Shown piece by piece: positions 28,818 through 40,500 of a DNA stretch of 64,000 bases. Position numbers and translations under genes: made by a program. A model generated the notes under the pieces. The model had not been told where the DNA came from and did no database searches. It saw only the letters and a program-made list of their open reading frames with translations. Numbering within the stretch: position 1 is the stretch's first letter; each line of letters starts with the position of its first letter. Origin of the DNA: Pseudomonadota bacterium. Lineage in GTDB: Bacteria; Myxococcota_A; UBA9042; GCA-2863065. The stretch is from contig SXOO01000280.1 of NCBI GenBank assembly GCA_005776725.1, positions 7,425-71,424 on the forward strand, given 5' to 3'.

Positions 28818-30626
28818 ATGTGCGAACGGTACTCCCCTCTCCGACCTCTTCGTGTGCTCCGGCGCATCGCCCTCACGGCCTCGGTCGCCGCGGCCTGCTC
28901 CACGGAGGCCACCCCCGCCCCGGGCGCGAACGACGTCTCCGCGGCTGACACCGTCACTACCACGGACGGGACCATGGATTCGCCCGACGACGGCGTCGTA
29001 GGCGCCCATCCGGGCGACCCCATCGCCGCAGGCGCCCCGACGGTCGTGGGACGTGCGGTGGGGCTCGCCACGCTCACCCAGGCCTCTGGAGCGCTGTACA
29101 CGAGTCGCGAGCGCGAGATCGTCCGACTGGCGGCCGCTGGCCCAGAGCTCGTCGCCACGCTCGACGCGCCCGCGCTCGCCCTGACGGCGCAGGGCGACAC
29201 GCTGTACGCGGTCGACTCGGCCGGCGCCTGGTATCGGGTGCCGCTGGCGGGCGAGCCGCAGAAGCTCGAGGCCGGCCTCGTGGTCCAACGCCTTGCAGTC
29301 GACGGGGACCGCCTTGTTGCGGCCCTCGGCGCCGCGGGCGTGGCCGTGGCGCCCCTCGACCTCTCCATCGCGCCAGTCACGGTCTCGGCGCTGGGCGCCG
29401 TGCGCGCGGTGCTGCCGCTCGAGGACGGGCTCCGCGTGCTCGCCCGAGGGCAGGACGGCTTCGCGCTGGTGAAGGGCAGCTGGCCGGACGCGGTCGTTGT
29501 GTCGGAGGTGCCCACCAAGCTCCCCGCGTCGGCTGTGGCACGCGGCGCCGACGGGCTCGTCGTGGGCCTCGAGGCCGGCGGCTCGCTCCACACCCTGGTC
29601 TTCGAGGGCGAGACCCTGACCAGCGTGGGACTCACCCCCTACCCAGGCCCGGGGCTCGCGCTGGCTATCGCGGGCTCGCTGGCCGTGACGGCGGACTGGG
29701 ACCGCGTGGTGCTCTACGACGTCAGCAATACCGCCGCGCCGCGCCGCCTGGCGAGTGAGCACTTCGGGCAGCGGCGGGCGTTCGACCTCGTGGCCTTGGA
29801 CGCCACGCACGTGAGCGTGAGGGGCGCGGCCGAGGTGACCGAGCTCGCGCTCGACGCCACGGCCGTGGCACCCGAGCTGGCGCTGACGCCCCAGCGCATC
29901 CAGGTGGAGGCCACTGCCGATTTCGACGGCGGGTCGGCCGGCGTGCTCTTCCGCAACAAGGGCGCCCTGCCCCTGGAGGTGCGCGGGCTCACGGTGGATC
30001 ATCCGCGCCTCTCGCTGGACCTCGACACCTCCGCCGCGCTCTCGGTGGCGGCGGACGACGTCGCCTTCCTCGAGCTCAAGGTCACCGGCGCCGAGCCCCT
30101 GGAGGGCACCCTCAGCTTCAGCACCAATGAGCCGGGCGAGCCCAGCTACTCCCTCCCCGTCACGGTCAACCCGAAGCGGCTCAGCGTGGGCGACGTGGCC
30201 ACGCCCTTCTCCATGCCGGGCACGGACGGTGAGCTCGTCAGCCTGGGCGACCTCATGGGGCGCGTGATCCACGTAAAGCTGTTCAACGCCTACTGAACGA
30301 GCTGTCTCGAGGAGTTGCCTCGAGTCGAACAGCACATCCACCAGGCCCTTCTCGGAACCGCCTACACGCCGCTGGCCGTCCACGTCGGTGACGACGTCCC
30401 CAACGCGGTGGGCTCGAAGCGCAGCACGAAGATCACCTTCCCGATGCTGATCGACTACGACAACGCCGTGGTCGACGCCTACAACCGGATCGGCGAGCAG
30501 CTCACGCTGTTCCCGCTGGCCTACCTCATCGATAAGAAGGGCATCGTCCGGCACATCTACAAAGAGACCGAGCCGGAGCTCACGGCCCTGCGCGCGGACA
30601 TCGACGCGCTGCTCGCGGAGGAGTAG
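28818..30626 (+). CDS. putative selenoprotein: lipoprotein with a C-terminal TlpA/redoxin-like thioredoxin fold whose catalytic UxxC motif (U-T-S-C) is encoded with an in-frame TGA at 30294-30296
   Basis: The frame is the same on both sides of the TGA (the ORF-track pieces 28818-30296 and 30315-30626). The sequence ...VSLGDLMGRVIHVKLFNAY-U-TSCLEELP...FPMLIDYDNAVVDAYNRIGEQLTLFPLAYLIDKKGIVRHI aligns without gaps to the redoxin motif VVLLNFWATW-C-PPCRAEMP...PVLLD...PTTFLID. Confidence 0.6.
30303..30327 (+). promoter_or_regulatory. candidate bacterial SECIS hairpin immediately 3' of the in-frame UGA
   Basis: Perfect 6-bp stem CTCGAG/CTCGAG (30306-30311 / 30319-30324) with a 7-nt loop GAGUUGC containing GUU, plus a G-C and a G-U pair below a T-T mismatch. 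It starts about 10 nt after the UGA. Confidence 0.4.
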
Positions 30627-30637
30627 AACCCGCGCCC

Positions 30638-31816
30638 GTGTCGCCCGCTACCCTGCGAATCCGCACGCTCTACTTCGTCCTCTTCATGTTCCTCGGCGGG
30701 CAGGGCAACTACCTGCCGCTCTGGCTCGAGGCCCATGATTGGTCCGACGTCGACGTGGGTTGGCTGGGCGCCGCGCGCTCGGCGTGCCTCATCGTCACGC
30801 CGCTCTTCTGGGGACGGCTCGCCGACCGCGACGGCCACCCCGGTCGCGTCCTCGCGCTCACGGCCGTTGGCAGCCTCCTCGGCTTCCTCCCTCATCTCCT
30901 CACCACCGACTTCGCGCTGCTCATGGCCTCGACGATCGTGTTCCATGGGTTCCGGGAGGGGATCCTGCCCGCCACGGACACCGCCACGCTGCAGCTGGTG
31001 ACCCGTGAGGGGGGCACCTTCGGACGCCACCGGATCTACGGGTCGCTCGGCTTCATCGCGGGGGGCTTCCTCCTCTCGGGGATCCTGGCGCTGAGCAGCC
31101 GTGAAGCGACTCCTGCCGTGCTCACGGCGCTGCTCGCAGTCACCGTCTGGGTGGTCCTCCGGCACGTGCGGGCCGAGCGCCCCGACGCAACGGCCAGCGT
31201 GTCCGCGAACCCTGGCCTCCGCGCCGCGCTCCGCCACATCATGGCGCCGGCGGTCCTGCGGCTGTTCCTCGTGATCTTCCTGTGGCGCGTAGCGATGAGC
31301 GGGTTCTTCCAGTTCCTACCGCTGCACTTGAATCGCCTCGGGGTGCCCGATAGCGCCGTGTCTGCGTACTGGGCGGTGGGGGTGATCGCCGAGATCCTGC
31401 TCTTCGCCAAGGCGGTCCCGTGGTTCGGTCGGTTCGAGGCGAGGCACGTTCTGAACGCCTGCCTGGCGCTCTGTGCCATCCAGTGCGGCCTGTTTGCCGC
31501 GACCTCCTCGCCGTGGCTCTTCCTGGCGCTGATGTCGCTGCACGGCTTCACGTTCGGCATCGCCTTCTTCACGGTGGTGGTGTGGCTGTCGGCGCTGGTC
31601 CCCAAGACCGCCCTCGCCACCGTCCAGGCCGTGCTCTACGCGTTCGGCTTCGGGCTCGGGGGTGCCGTGTCGTCCGTGGCGGCAGGATACCTCTACGAGC
31701 ACTCCCAGGGCGCCGGCCTCTTCGGAGCGGCCGCAGCCGTCGCGCTGGCCAGCACGGTGCTGGGCGTGGTGATCCTTCGGGACTCGACCCGCTTCGGAGA
31801 CGCGGCTACTCGCTGA
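30638..31816 (+). CDS. MFS transporter
   Basis: About 12 predicted TM helices with MFS-like loop motifs (GRLADRDGHPGR). Confidence 0.7.
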   Translation: MSPATLRIRTLYFVLFMFLGGQGNYLPLWLEAHDWSDVDVGWLGAARSACLIVTPLFWGRLADRDGHPGRVLALTAVGSLLGFLPHLLTTDFALLMASTIVFHGFREGILPATDTATLQLVTREGGTFGRHRIYGSLGFIAGGFLLSGILALSSREATPAVLTALLAVTVWVVLRHVRAERPDATASVSANPGLRAALRHIMAPAVLRLFLVIFLWRVAMSGFFQFLPLHLNRLGVPDSAVSAYWAVGVIAEILLFAKAVPWFGRFEARHVLNACLALCAIQCGLFAATSSPWLFLALMSLHGFTFGIAFFTVVVWLSALVPKTALATVQAVLYAFGFGLGGAVSSVAAGYLYEHSQGAGLFGAAAAVALASTVLGVVILRDSTRFGDAATR

Positions 31817-31885
31817 GGCTGTATCACTGTAAGGCGGGGAGGCGGGGAGGCGGCGCGGTTTCGGCGCGCTCGCCCGCGGTGAAGC

Positions 31886-32980
31886 TCACACGAAGATGCC
31901 GAGCGCCTCGGCCGCCCGGATCCAGGGGTGGTCCGGACCCACGCGACGGGGTTCGCCGATGAGGTCGGAGATGGGAGCGCGGGTCACGCTCCCGCTCCGG
32001 TACACCACGGCCTGGGAGAACGCCGACTCGACGACCATCCGGGCCGCCTCCACGCCCATGGCCGTGGTCAGGAAGCGGTCGGTGGTGGTGGGAGCGCGCG
32101 CGCGCTGGAGGTGGCCCAGGACCACAACGCGGCTCTCCCAGCCGGTGGCTTCCTCGAGGCGCCCCGCCAGACGCGCAGCGATGCCGCCCAGGCGCTGCGC
32201 CTCGGGCCCTCGGTTCACGCCGAACGGGTCAGGCCCGCCGGCCACTGCCGGGCCGGTGTCGACCTGGCGCGCCACGGCCACGCTCTCCGATTGGGCGGCC
32301 GCGCCCTCCGCGACCACCACCACGAGGCCTCGTTGGCCCACCTGGCGACGGCCCTCGACAAAGCGCGTGAGCGCGTCCAGGGAGTAGGGGCGCTCCGGGA
32401 TTAGGATGGCGTCGGCGTGGGAGGCGAGCCCACCGCCGAGCGCGATCCACCCGGCCGTCCGACCCATGGCCTCCACGACGATGAGCCGGCGATGCGCCTC
32501 CGCGGTGAGGCGGAGCCCGTCGACGGCCTCCGCCACGACGGAGCACGCCGTGTCGTACCCGAACGTGAGGTCGGTGCCGCGGAGGTCGTTGTCGATGGTC
32601 TTCGGCACACCGACGAGCTGGATTGGCGGGCCCCACTCGGTGGTCTCGGTGACGAAGGGCGAGAGGCCGGCGAAGGTCCCGTCGCCGCCGGCCACGATGA
32701 GCCCGTCGAGCACGAGCCGGCGGTAAGCGGCGTAGAACTCGGCTTCGCGGCCCCGGGTGCCCACGCGGTTCGAGGTGCCGAGGAGCGTGCCGGCGGTGGC
32801 GTGGATCAGGTGCACGTCGTTTGGCGTGAGCGAGCGAACGCGCCCCTCAAAGACGCCCTCGAAGCCGTCGCAAATCCCGACGACCTCATGTCCAGCCAGC
32901 GCCAACGAGCGCACCACGGACTCGATGATCCCATTGAGCCCAGGGGCGTCGCCGCCGCCTGTGAGGAGCCCTACGCGCAT
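31886..32980 (-). CDS. pfkA: 6-phosphofructokinase
   Basis: MRVGLLTGGGDAPGLNG, GGDGTFAG, PKTIDNDL and MGRTAGWIAL. Confidence 0.85.
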   Translation of the reverse strand: MRVGLLTGGGDAPGLNGIIESVVRSLALAGHEVVGICDGFEGVFEGRVRSLTPNDVHLIHATAGTLLGTSNRVGTRGREAEFYAAYRRLVLDGLIVAGGDGTFAGLSPFVTETTEWGPPIQLVGVPKTIDNDLRGTDLTFGYDTACSVVAEAVDGLRLTAEAHRRLIVVEAMGRTAGWIALGGGLASHADAILIPERPYSLDALTRFVEGRRQVGQRGLVVVVAEGAAAQSESVAVARQVDTGPAVAGGPDPFGVNRGPEAQRLGGIAARLAGRLEEATGWESRVVVLGHLQRARAPTTTDRFLTTAMGVEAARMVVESAFSQAVVYRSGSVTRAPISDLIGEPRRVGPDHPWIRAAEALGIFV

Positions 32981-32994
32981 GGAGTGGCAGCGGG

Positions 32995-33285
32995 CTAAGG
33001 GGTGGAGGACGGGGTGCTCGAATCCGCCTTCGGAGCAGGAGCCGGTGTGGCCGTTGACGACGCGGAGGCCGCCGGCTCCGAGCTGGTGGACTCGCTCTTC
33101 TGGTTGCTCTTGCCCGAGTAGCCGTCTTTGTACCAACCGCCGCCCTTCAGCTGGAACGACGTGCGGGAGATCCGTTTTTGAGTCGCCGCAGCGCACTTCG
33201 GGCACTGTGGGGCCTCGGCGCCCACCTTCTGCATGAGCTCGAATTCGTTGCCGCAGGCCTCACAGCCGTATTCGTAGATAGGCAT
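32995..33285 (-). CDS. FmdB-family zinc-ribbon protein
   Basis: MPIYEYGCEACGNEFE...CPKCA followed by a Ser/Ala/Pro-rich tail. Confidence 0.75.
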   Translation of the reverse strand: MPIYEYGCEACGNEFELMQKVGAEAPQCPKCAAATQKRISRTSFQLKGGGWYKDGYSGKSNQKSESTSSEPAASASSTATPAPAPKADSSTPSSTP

Positions 33286-33626
33286 CTCTCTACTCCGATC
33301 CGTTCAAGTCGGGCTAGGGCCGCAGCACCGGGGGTCTCTGTGGCGAATCCAGCGCCCGCACACCCCCCGATTCCCCACTCGCTGGCCGCGAGTTCGTGGT
33401 GCCGAGGTGTTGGGCGCCGACGTTAGGCGGCTGTCTCGAGGTGTCAACCTCGTTGCCCTCGAAGGGCACACCGGAAGGCTCACCCGCCAAGACACCGGGA
33501 CACCGCGCGGCCGATTCGGTTGACCTTGGGGAGCTACACTGCGATCCTGCGGCACATCGCCCACCGTCGGCCCAGAGAGCGGCCCCGACTTCGGCGCGAC
33601 GAGACCTCGCGAGGAGCGCGTCCAGC

Positions 33627-34547
33627 GTGAAGCACATCCGGTCCTGCCTCGTCCTCTGGCTGATCCTCGGTCCGTTGGCGGCTGCCGCGGCGCCACCAGC
33701 GGAAGGCAACGTCAACCTCGTGAACTTCTCGCCGGCCGGCGGCCGGTACCGCCTGTTCGCGGTCGAGTCCGCGGACGTCGGCCCCGCCTGGCAACCCTAC
33801 GGACACGTCCTGTTCCACGGCGCGCGGGACGTCCTTCAGCTCAGCGCTGGCGACCACACCGAGACGGTGGTCAAGGAGCAATATCTCGCCGACGTGAACG
33901 TTGGCGTGGGGCTCTTCGGCTTCCTGTCGCTAGACCTCACCCTGCCGCTGGGCCTGGCGATGAGCTCCGGCGACGGCGCCACCTCGCTCGCCGGGGTCTC
34001 TGGCGCCGGCCTCGGGGATATGGTCGTCCGCATCAAGGGCACCCCGCTCGCCACCGGGACAGCGGGCTTCGGCGTCGGCTTGGAGCTCGCGGCCACCGTC
34101 CCCACCGGCGACGGCGACCGCTTCCGGGGAGACCCTGGCGCAGGCCTCATCGCGGCGGCGATCCTCGATCACGCGTGGTCGATCGCGCGCCTCTCGCTCA
34201 ACCTCGGCGTCCGGATTCGGTTCGAGGAGAGCTCCTACCTCAGCGCCACGTTCGGGAACGAGCTCACCTTCGGCCTCGGCGTCCTGGTCGAGCTCTTCGA
34301 CCGCCGCCTCGGCCTCGCCTTCGAGCTCCAGGGTCGCACGCCGCTCACCGCGGAGGCCTTCGACAACACCAACACCACAGCCGTCGAGATCATGCTCGGG
34401 CCGCGCTGGTGGATCATCGATTCACTGGCCTTCGAGCTCGGGCTCGGCGCCGGGTTGGTCCAGGGCCTCGGAGCGCCCACGTTCCGCTTCAACACGGGCT
34501 TCGTCTGGGCGCCAGCGGCCCTCGCAGCGCCGACGGGAACACCATGA
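33627..34547 (+). CDS. secreted beta-rich (putative outer-membrane barrel-like) protein, homologous to the penultimate domain of the two downstream giant proteins
   Basis: GTG with SD gaggag. Signal peptide, alternating Gly/hydrophobic pattern, C-terminal ...[11 protein letters not shown]. Colinear with giant1 (about 41091-41930) and giant2 (about 49186-49990), sharing [31 protein letters not shown] and GAGLVQG. Confidence 0.65.
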   Translation: MKHIRSCLVLWLILGPLAAAAAPPAEGNVNLVNFSPAGGRYRLFAVESADVGPAWQPYGHVLFHGARDVLQLSAGDHTETVVKEQYLADVNVGVGLFGFLSLDLTLPLGLAMSSGDGATSLAGVSGAGLGDMVVRIKGTPLATGTAGFGVGLELAATVPTGDGDRFRGDPGAGLIAAAILDHAWSIARLSLNLGVRIRFEESSYLSATFGNELTFGLGVLVELFDRRLGLAFELQGRTPLTAEAFDNTNTTAVEIMLGPRWWIIDSLAFELGLGAGLVQGLGAPTFRFNTGFVWAPAALAAPTGTP

Positions 34548-37500
34548 CGAGAGTCCTCTTCACCAGCCTCCTACTGGCCGCGCCCTTCGCGCGCGCCGCG
34601 GAAGATTGCGCGAACGGCATCGATGACGACGCCGCCGGCGGCGCGGACTGCGCGGATCCGGCCTGCGCGGCCGACCCGTTCTGCTCGCCCTGCAACGTCG
34701 ACCTCACGTTCGACACCGGCCAGGGTCCGGTCACCGTGCCCACGGCGGTCTTCACCTGGGCCCAGGCCACCGGCGACGGGCTCATCGCCTCGGGCGGGCT
34801 CGCGGGCCTCACCCCATCGGCGGTGTCCGACGTGTTCACGGTGCCGGTCGCGGTGCCAGCGGCGGGCGAAGCGCCCAGCCCGCGCGTGGAGGTGGTGTTC
34901 TCGCTGAAGAGCAAGGCGTCCGCCGAGGACACGCACCAGGACACCTTCACGGTCTGCGTCGGCGTGCCGTGTACGAAGGACACCCCCAACCCGCTCTACC
35001 GCACGAGCCGCGACACCACTCCAGGCCTGGCCCCTTTCGGCGTGCCCAGCCCGCCATCGTTCAATGACGGTGTTTTCGACCACGTCTTCCTCGACCTCAC
35101 GGCCCACGCTGGGTCCACCGTGACGCTCGCGTTCGCCATCGACGCGCCCGCAGGGGGCTCCGCCGGGCGAAAGGGTCTCCGCGTGTCACGCCTGATCGTC
35201 GGGTCGGACGTTGACGTAGACGGCGCCTTCGAGGGCGTCGCGGGCAGCTGCGACCGCTGCTGGGACGCCGACAAGGACACCTACGTCGACGCCGCGGGCC
35301 CGGCCACCGCGGCCGAGTGCACCGCCCCCGACCTGGACTGCGACGACACCAACGCCGCCGTGAACCCCGCCGCCGCAGAGCAGTGTGGCGTGGTGGGAGA
35401 CGACGACTGCGACGGCGTCGCCGACGCGCTCGACTCGGACTGCGGCGTGGAGGACTGCGCCAACGGGGCAGACGACAACGGCGACGGTCAGGTCGACTGT
35501 GCGGACGTCACCTGCGGGTCGGACGCCGCGTGCGCCCCATGCGGCACTGTCCTCAATCTCAACCGCGGCGGCGCGGCCTTCGTGGCCGCCGACGACAACC
35601 CCGACGCCAACGCCGCGACACGCCTCTTCACCCACGGGCCGAACCCCTCGCTCCCCACCGAGATCGGCTGGTGGACCGCCCGCACGGGCACGGTGAGCAC
35701 ACACTCGGGCGTGAAGCCGGTGCATGCCACGCTCACCCGCAGCTTCGATGTCTCGTCCGGCTCGCTCAGCCCCAGCCTGCGCGTGTCGTACCGCCTCCGC
35801 GGCGAGGCCGCGGCCGGCAAGGACGTGTTCGGCGTGTGCTTCAACACGCCCGCGACGGAGTGTCGGGCCGACGCCCCGGCGAGCGCCCTGGCCTTCTCGA
35901 CGCACGTCGACACCGCAGCCACCGGCACCACGAACATCGACGTGCCCCTGCCGGCGAACAGCGCGGGCAAGACGGTGTCGGTGACGCTGTTCTACGACAC
36001 GGTCGACGGCGCCAATAACGCGAACGCCGGCCTCTTCATCGACGCCGTGAACGTGGCCAGCGACGCCGACGCGGACGGCGCGTCCGAAGACTCGGTCACG
36101 CAAGGGTGCGACCGCTGCGTGGACCAGGACCTGGACACGTTCGGCCGTGAGGGGATCCCCGGCGTCTATGTGTCTGAGTGCGCGTCCAACAAGCGCGACT
36201 GCGCGGACACCATCGCCACGGCCTTCCCGGGAGCTACCGAGCTCTGCGACGGGACCATCGACCACGACTGCGACGGCAAGGCAGACGCGGACGACAGCGA
36301 CTGCACCACCTGCGGAGACGGCGTCGCCAGCGCCTCAGAAGAGTGCGACGACGGCGCCAAGATCTCGGGCGACGGCTGCAGCGCCAGCTGCGAGCTCGAG
36401 GCGAACGCGCTCGTCCTGAGCGAGCTCCACTTCACGAAGCTCTCCCCCACCGCCTTCGGGGAGCAGTTCGTCGAGCTCCAGAGCCGCACCCTCGCCAAGA
36501 TCCACCTCGGCGGGCTCGCCGCGGGCCTGCGTCGCAGCACCGGCCAGGAGCTCCGCTTCGCGGATTGCGCCGCCGCGAGCCTCGTCCTCGCCGGCAACGG
36601 GCGCGTTGTCGTGAGCCTCGGTACCGCGGGGACCTCCGACGGCCTCAACGCGGCGATCCGTTGCGACGAGGACTTTCAGCTCGACCCGACCGGCGACGTA
36701 GTCACCTTGCTATCTGGCGCAGACACGCTCGACACGGCCGACGCGCGCCCCTTCGCGTGCGAGCTGTCCGAGGCCGCCGCCGCGGGGCGCGGGCGGTCGC
36801 TGGAGCGCCTGAACCCGGCCAGCAACCCGAACGACGCGGCGTCTTGGTGCCTCGCGTCCACGGCGACGAGCTACGCCACCTCGGGCAAGCACCACGGCTC
36901 GCCCGGGTCCGCGGGCGCCTGTGCGGAGCGCGCCTGTGACGGCGTGGACGACGACTGCGACGGCGCCACGGACGAGCTCCTTCCCGATACCGACGCGGAT
37001 GGGACCTGTAACGACCGCGACTGCGCGCCGCTGGTACCTTCTTGCGCGCTGGACTGCGCCACGGACGTGGACGGGGACTCCACGCCCGACTGCCGCGACG
37101 GCTGCATCGACTCGGACGGCGATGGCTGGGGCGTGGCCGGAGGCCTCCCGAGCTCCACCTGCAAGACGCTCGCGGGCGTAGCGAAGAGCGACTGCGAAGA
37201 TGATCTGGCGTTCGCCAACCCCGCGGCGTCGGAGGGACCCAGCGCCGCCTCCTGCCTCGATGGCGTGGACGACGACTGCGACGGCACGCCCGACTGCACG
37301 GACCCGAGCTGCGCCGGCACCGCCGCGTGCTCCGGTGAGGCGTGCGGCCTGCCGCTCACCCTCACCTGCGGCCAGGTCCGAGTGATCGAGCCGGAGGGCA
37401 ACGACTTCCCCTGTGGGCCCGGTGCGGACGCGGTACTCCGCTTCGTCGCGCCGCGCACCGAGCTGGTTCGCCTCGACGTGAAGAGCGGCGGCAGCCAGCA

Positions 37501-40500
37501 GTACGCCGGCCGGATCTTCGACGTCGCGTGCTCGAATCAGGCCTGCGCGCCGGGGATCGCAGACGCCGAGTCGTCCTGCCAGGAGCCCGGAACCGCCACC
37601 TTCTCGGCCGTGGCCGCCAAGGCGTACACGATCGTCGTGGACCAGCTGGCCAGCTGCTCCGCGTCGGGCGCCGCGCCGGTCGAGATCAAGCTGACCTGCG
37701 CCGAGCACTGCACCGGCGGGGTCGACGACGACGGCGACCTCTTGGCCGACTGCGCCGACAGCGACTGCGTGAGCCAGGCGGTGTGCGCAGGACAGGACTT
37801 CGACGGCGACGGCATCGCCAATGGTCTCGAGCTCACGTGTGGCGCCAGCCCCACCTCGCCGTTCCAGTCGCCCTCCCCCGCCGACGTTCAGAACCCGGAC
37901 AACGACAGCCAGCTCTCGTGCGTGGACGCGGACGACGACAACGACGCCGCCTCTGACGTCGTGGAGGCCGCTCAGTGCGCCGCCGGTGCCTCCGTGGACG
38001 CCAGCGTGTACCCCGGCGCCCCGCGCCAGTGCGGCAACGCGGGCGTAGACGCGAACTGCAATGGCATCGTCGACTCCGCGGAGGCCGAGTGCGGCGCGGT
38101 CGAGTCGCAGTGCGCCGACGCCAAGGACAACGACAGCGACGGCGCCAAGGACTGCGCCGACCCCGACTGCATCCCCTCGCTCGCCTGCGCCGCCCTGGAC
38201 TTCGACGGTGACCTGATCGCGAACACCATCGAGCTCGCGTGTGGGACCAACCCGCTCGACAAGAACCTGAAGCCCACGGCCACCGGCGCCGCCGATGGGG
38301 ACGGCGACACGGTCCCGAGCTGCGCCGACGCGGACGACGATGGCGACGGCTGGGACGACGTGGTCGAGTTCTCGTGCGCGTCGAACCCCGTGAACGCGTC
38401 CTCGACGCCGGTCGACACGGACGGTGACACCCAGTGTGACGCCGTGGACCCGGACGACGACGCGGACGGCTTCGCGGACCTCATCGAGGTGCAGTGCGGC
38501 TCCAGCCCCACGCTGGCGACCGAGACGCCCATCGACGCGGTCCGTGACCTCGACCTCGACGGCGTTTGCAACGCTCGTGACGTGGACCTCGACGGCGACG
38601 ACTGGACCAACGGCGTCGAGGAGGCCTGCGGCACCGACGTCGCCGACGCCAACGACAACCCTGAGGCCGCCGGTCTCGACGGTGACGACGACGGGCTCTG
38701 CGACGCGCTCGATGGGGACGACGACGGTGACACCTGGTCCGATGAGAAGGAGGAGCTCTGCCAGAGCGATCCGCTCTCCCCGGACTCCGTGCCGGCCGAC
38801 GTCGACGGCGACAGCATCTGTGACGCCTACGACGTGGACGCAGACGACGATGGCTGGCCCGACACGCTCGAGGTGCTGTGCGGCACCAACCCGCTGCTGG
38901 CCGCGAAGAACCCCAGCGCCGAAGGCCAGGACGAAGATGCCGACAAGCTCTGCGACAGCCTCGACGCCGACGACGACGGCGACGGTTGGTCCGACGAGGC
39001 CGAGGCGGTTTGTGAGTCCGACCCGAGAGACCCCAACGCGCTGCCGGCGGACCTGGACGACGACCACGTGTGCGACCTCCGCGACGACGACGACGACGGG
39101 GACGAAGCGATGGATGCCAGCGAGCTGATCTGCGGCACGGATCCGGCGGATGCCACCTCGAAGCCGATCGACACCGACGGAGACGGCGTGTGCGATCCGG
39201 TGGACACCGACGCCGACGAGGACCTGGACGGCTGGAGCAACGGAGACGAGCTGGCGTGCGGAACCGACCCGAAGGTGCCGGCCGACAAGCCGCTGGACAC
39301 GGACGCGGACAAGGTCTGTGACGTGCTCGACGACGACGACGACAACGACGGCTGGAGCGACCTGTCGGAGCTGCTGTGCGGCACCTCCGCCACCAACGGG
39401 GCCGTGGAGCCCGTGGACACCGACGGGGACGCCACGTGCGACGCCATCGACACGGACGACGACGGCGACGGCGCCTCCGACGCAGATGAGGCGCTCTGCC
39501 TCACGGATCCGAAAGACCCCACGGTGCTCCCCTTCGAGCCCGATCTCGCGGACACGGACGGCGACCAGATCGCCGACTGCGTCGATCCCGACGACGACGA
39601 GGACGGCATCCCGGACGTGGTCGAGCTCGGCGATACGAAGCTCGCGGACACCGACACGGACGGCCTGGACGACGGGACGGAGGACGCCAACAAGAACGGC
39701 GTCGTGGACACGGGCGAGACCGACCCCACGAAGGGCGACACCGACGGAGACGGACTGATCGACGGTGAGGAGGTTGCGAGCTGCTACGGCGAGGCCTGCA
39801 CGAAGACCTCCCCGACGTCGCGCGACAGCGACTCGGACGGCCTGTCAGACGCGGAGGAAGACGCCGACAGCGACGGGAGCGTGGGCGAAGGCGAGACGGA
39901 TCCGACCGTGTTGGACACAGACGGCGACACCTCGAGCGACGGGGTCGAGGTCGGCTGCGCGACCGACCCGCTCGACGCGACCAGCTTCCCGGTGGACAAA
40001 GACCAGTCCGGCACCTGCGATGGCGCCGAGGCCGACAGCGACGGCGACGGGATCGCGGATGGCGTGGAGACGCGCTGCAAGACGCTCCCGGGCAGCGCTG
40101 CCAGCGTGCCGCCGCTCACCGAGCTAGACGACAAAGACGGCGACGGTGAGCTCGACTGCTACGACACCGACGACGACGACGACGGCGCGATCGACGCGGC
40201 CGAGGCCCAGTGCGGCACGTCCACGAAGGACGCGGGCGCGGTGCCGTCACCCGCGGATCTCGAGGACACCGATGACGATGGCCAGCTCGACTGCGCCGAC
40301 GACGATGACGACGCGGACGGACTCGACACGAACACAGAAAAGATCTGGGGGACCGACGCGCTCGATGGTGACACGGACGACGACGGGCTCTCTGATGGCG
40401 CAGAGGTCACCATCCACGGCACCGACCCGACAAAGCTCGACACCGATGGCGACGGCGTGGCCGACGGCGTGGAGCTCGGGGTCACCGAGCCCGTCTTCGG

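Noticed and set aside
30294-30296. Reading the TGA as a true stop (split or pseudogenised redoxin)
   Set aside because: The catalytic domain would be cut exactly at the first active-site Cys, leaving both halves non-functional. The TGA aligns to the Cys position, the downstream piece stays in frame, and a SECIS-like hairpin follows, so Sec recoding is the better explanation. Pseudogene remains the fallback.
36710-39067. 785-aa reverse ORF inside giant1 (similar ones at 47833-50859, 25282-27132, 60792-62765)
   Set aside because: Antisense to strongly supported genes. The Asp-codon-rich sense strand gives Val/Ala/Gly-rich antisense frames without stops.
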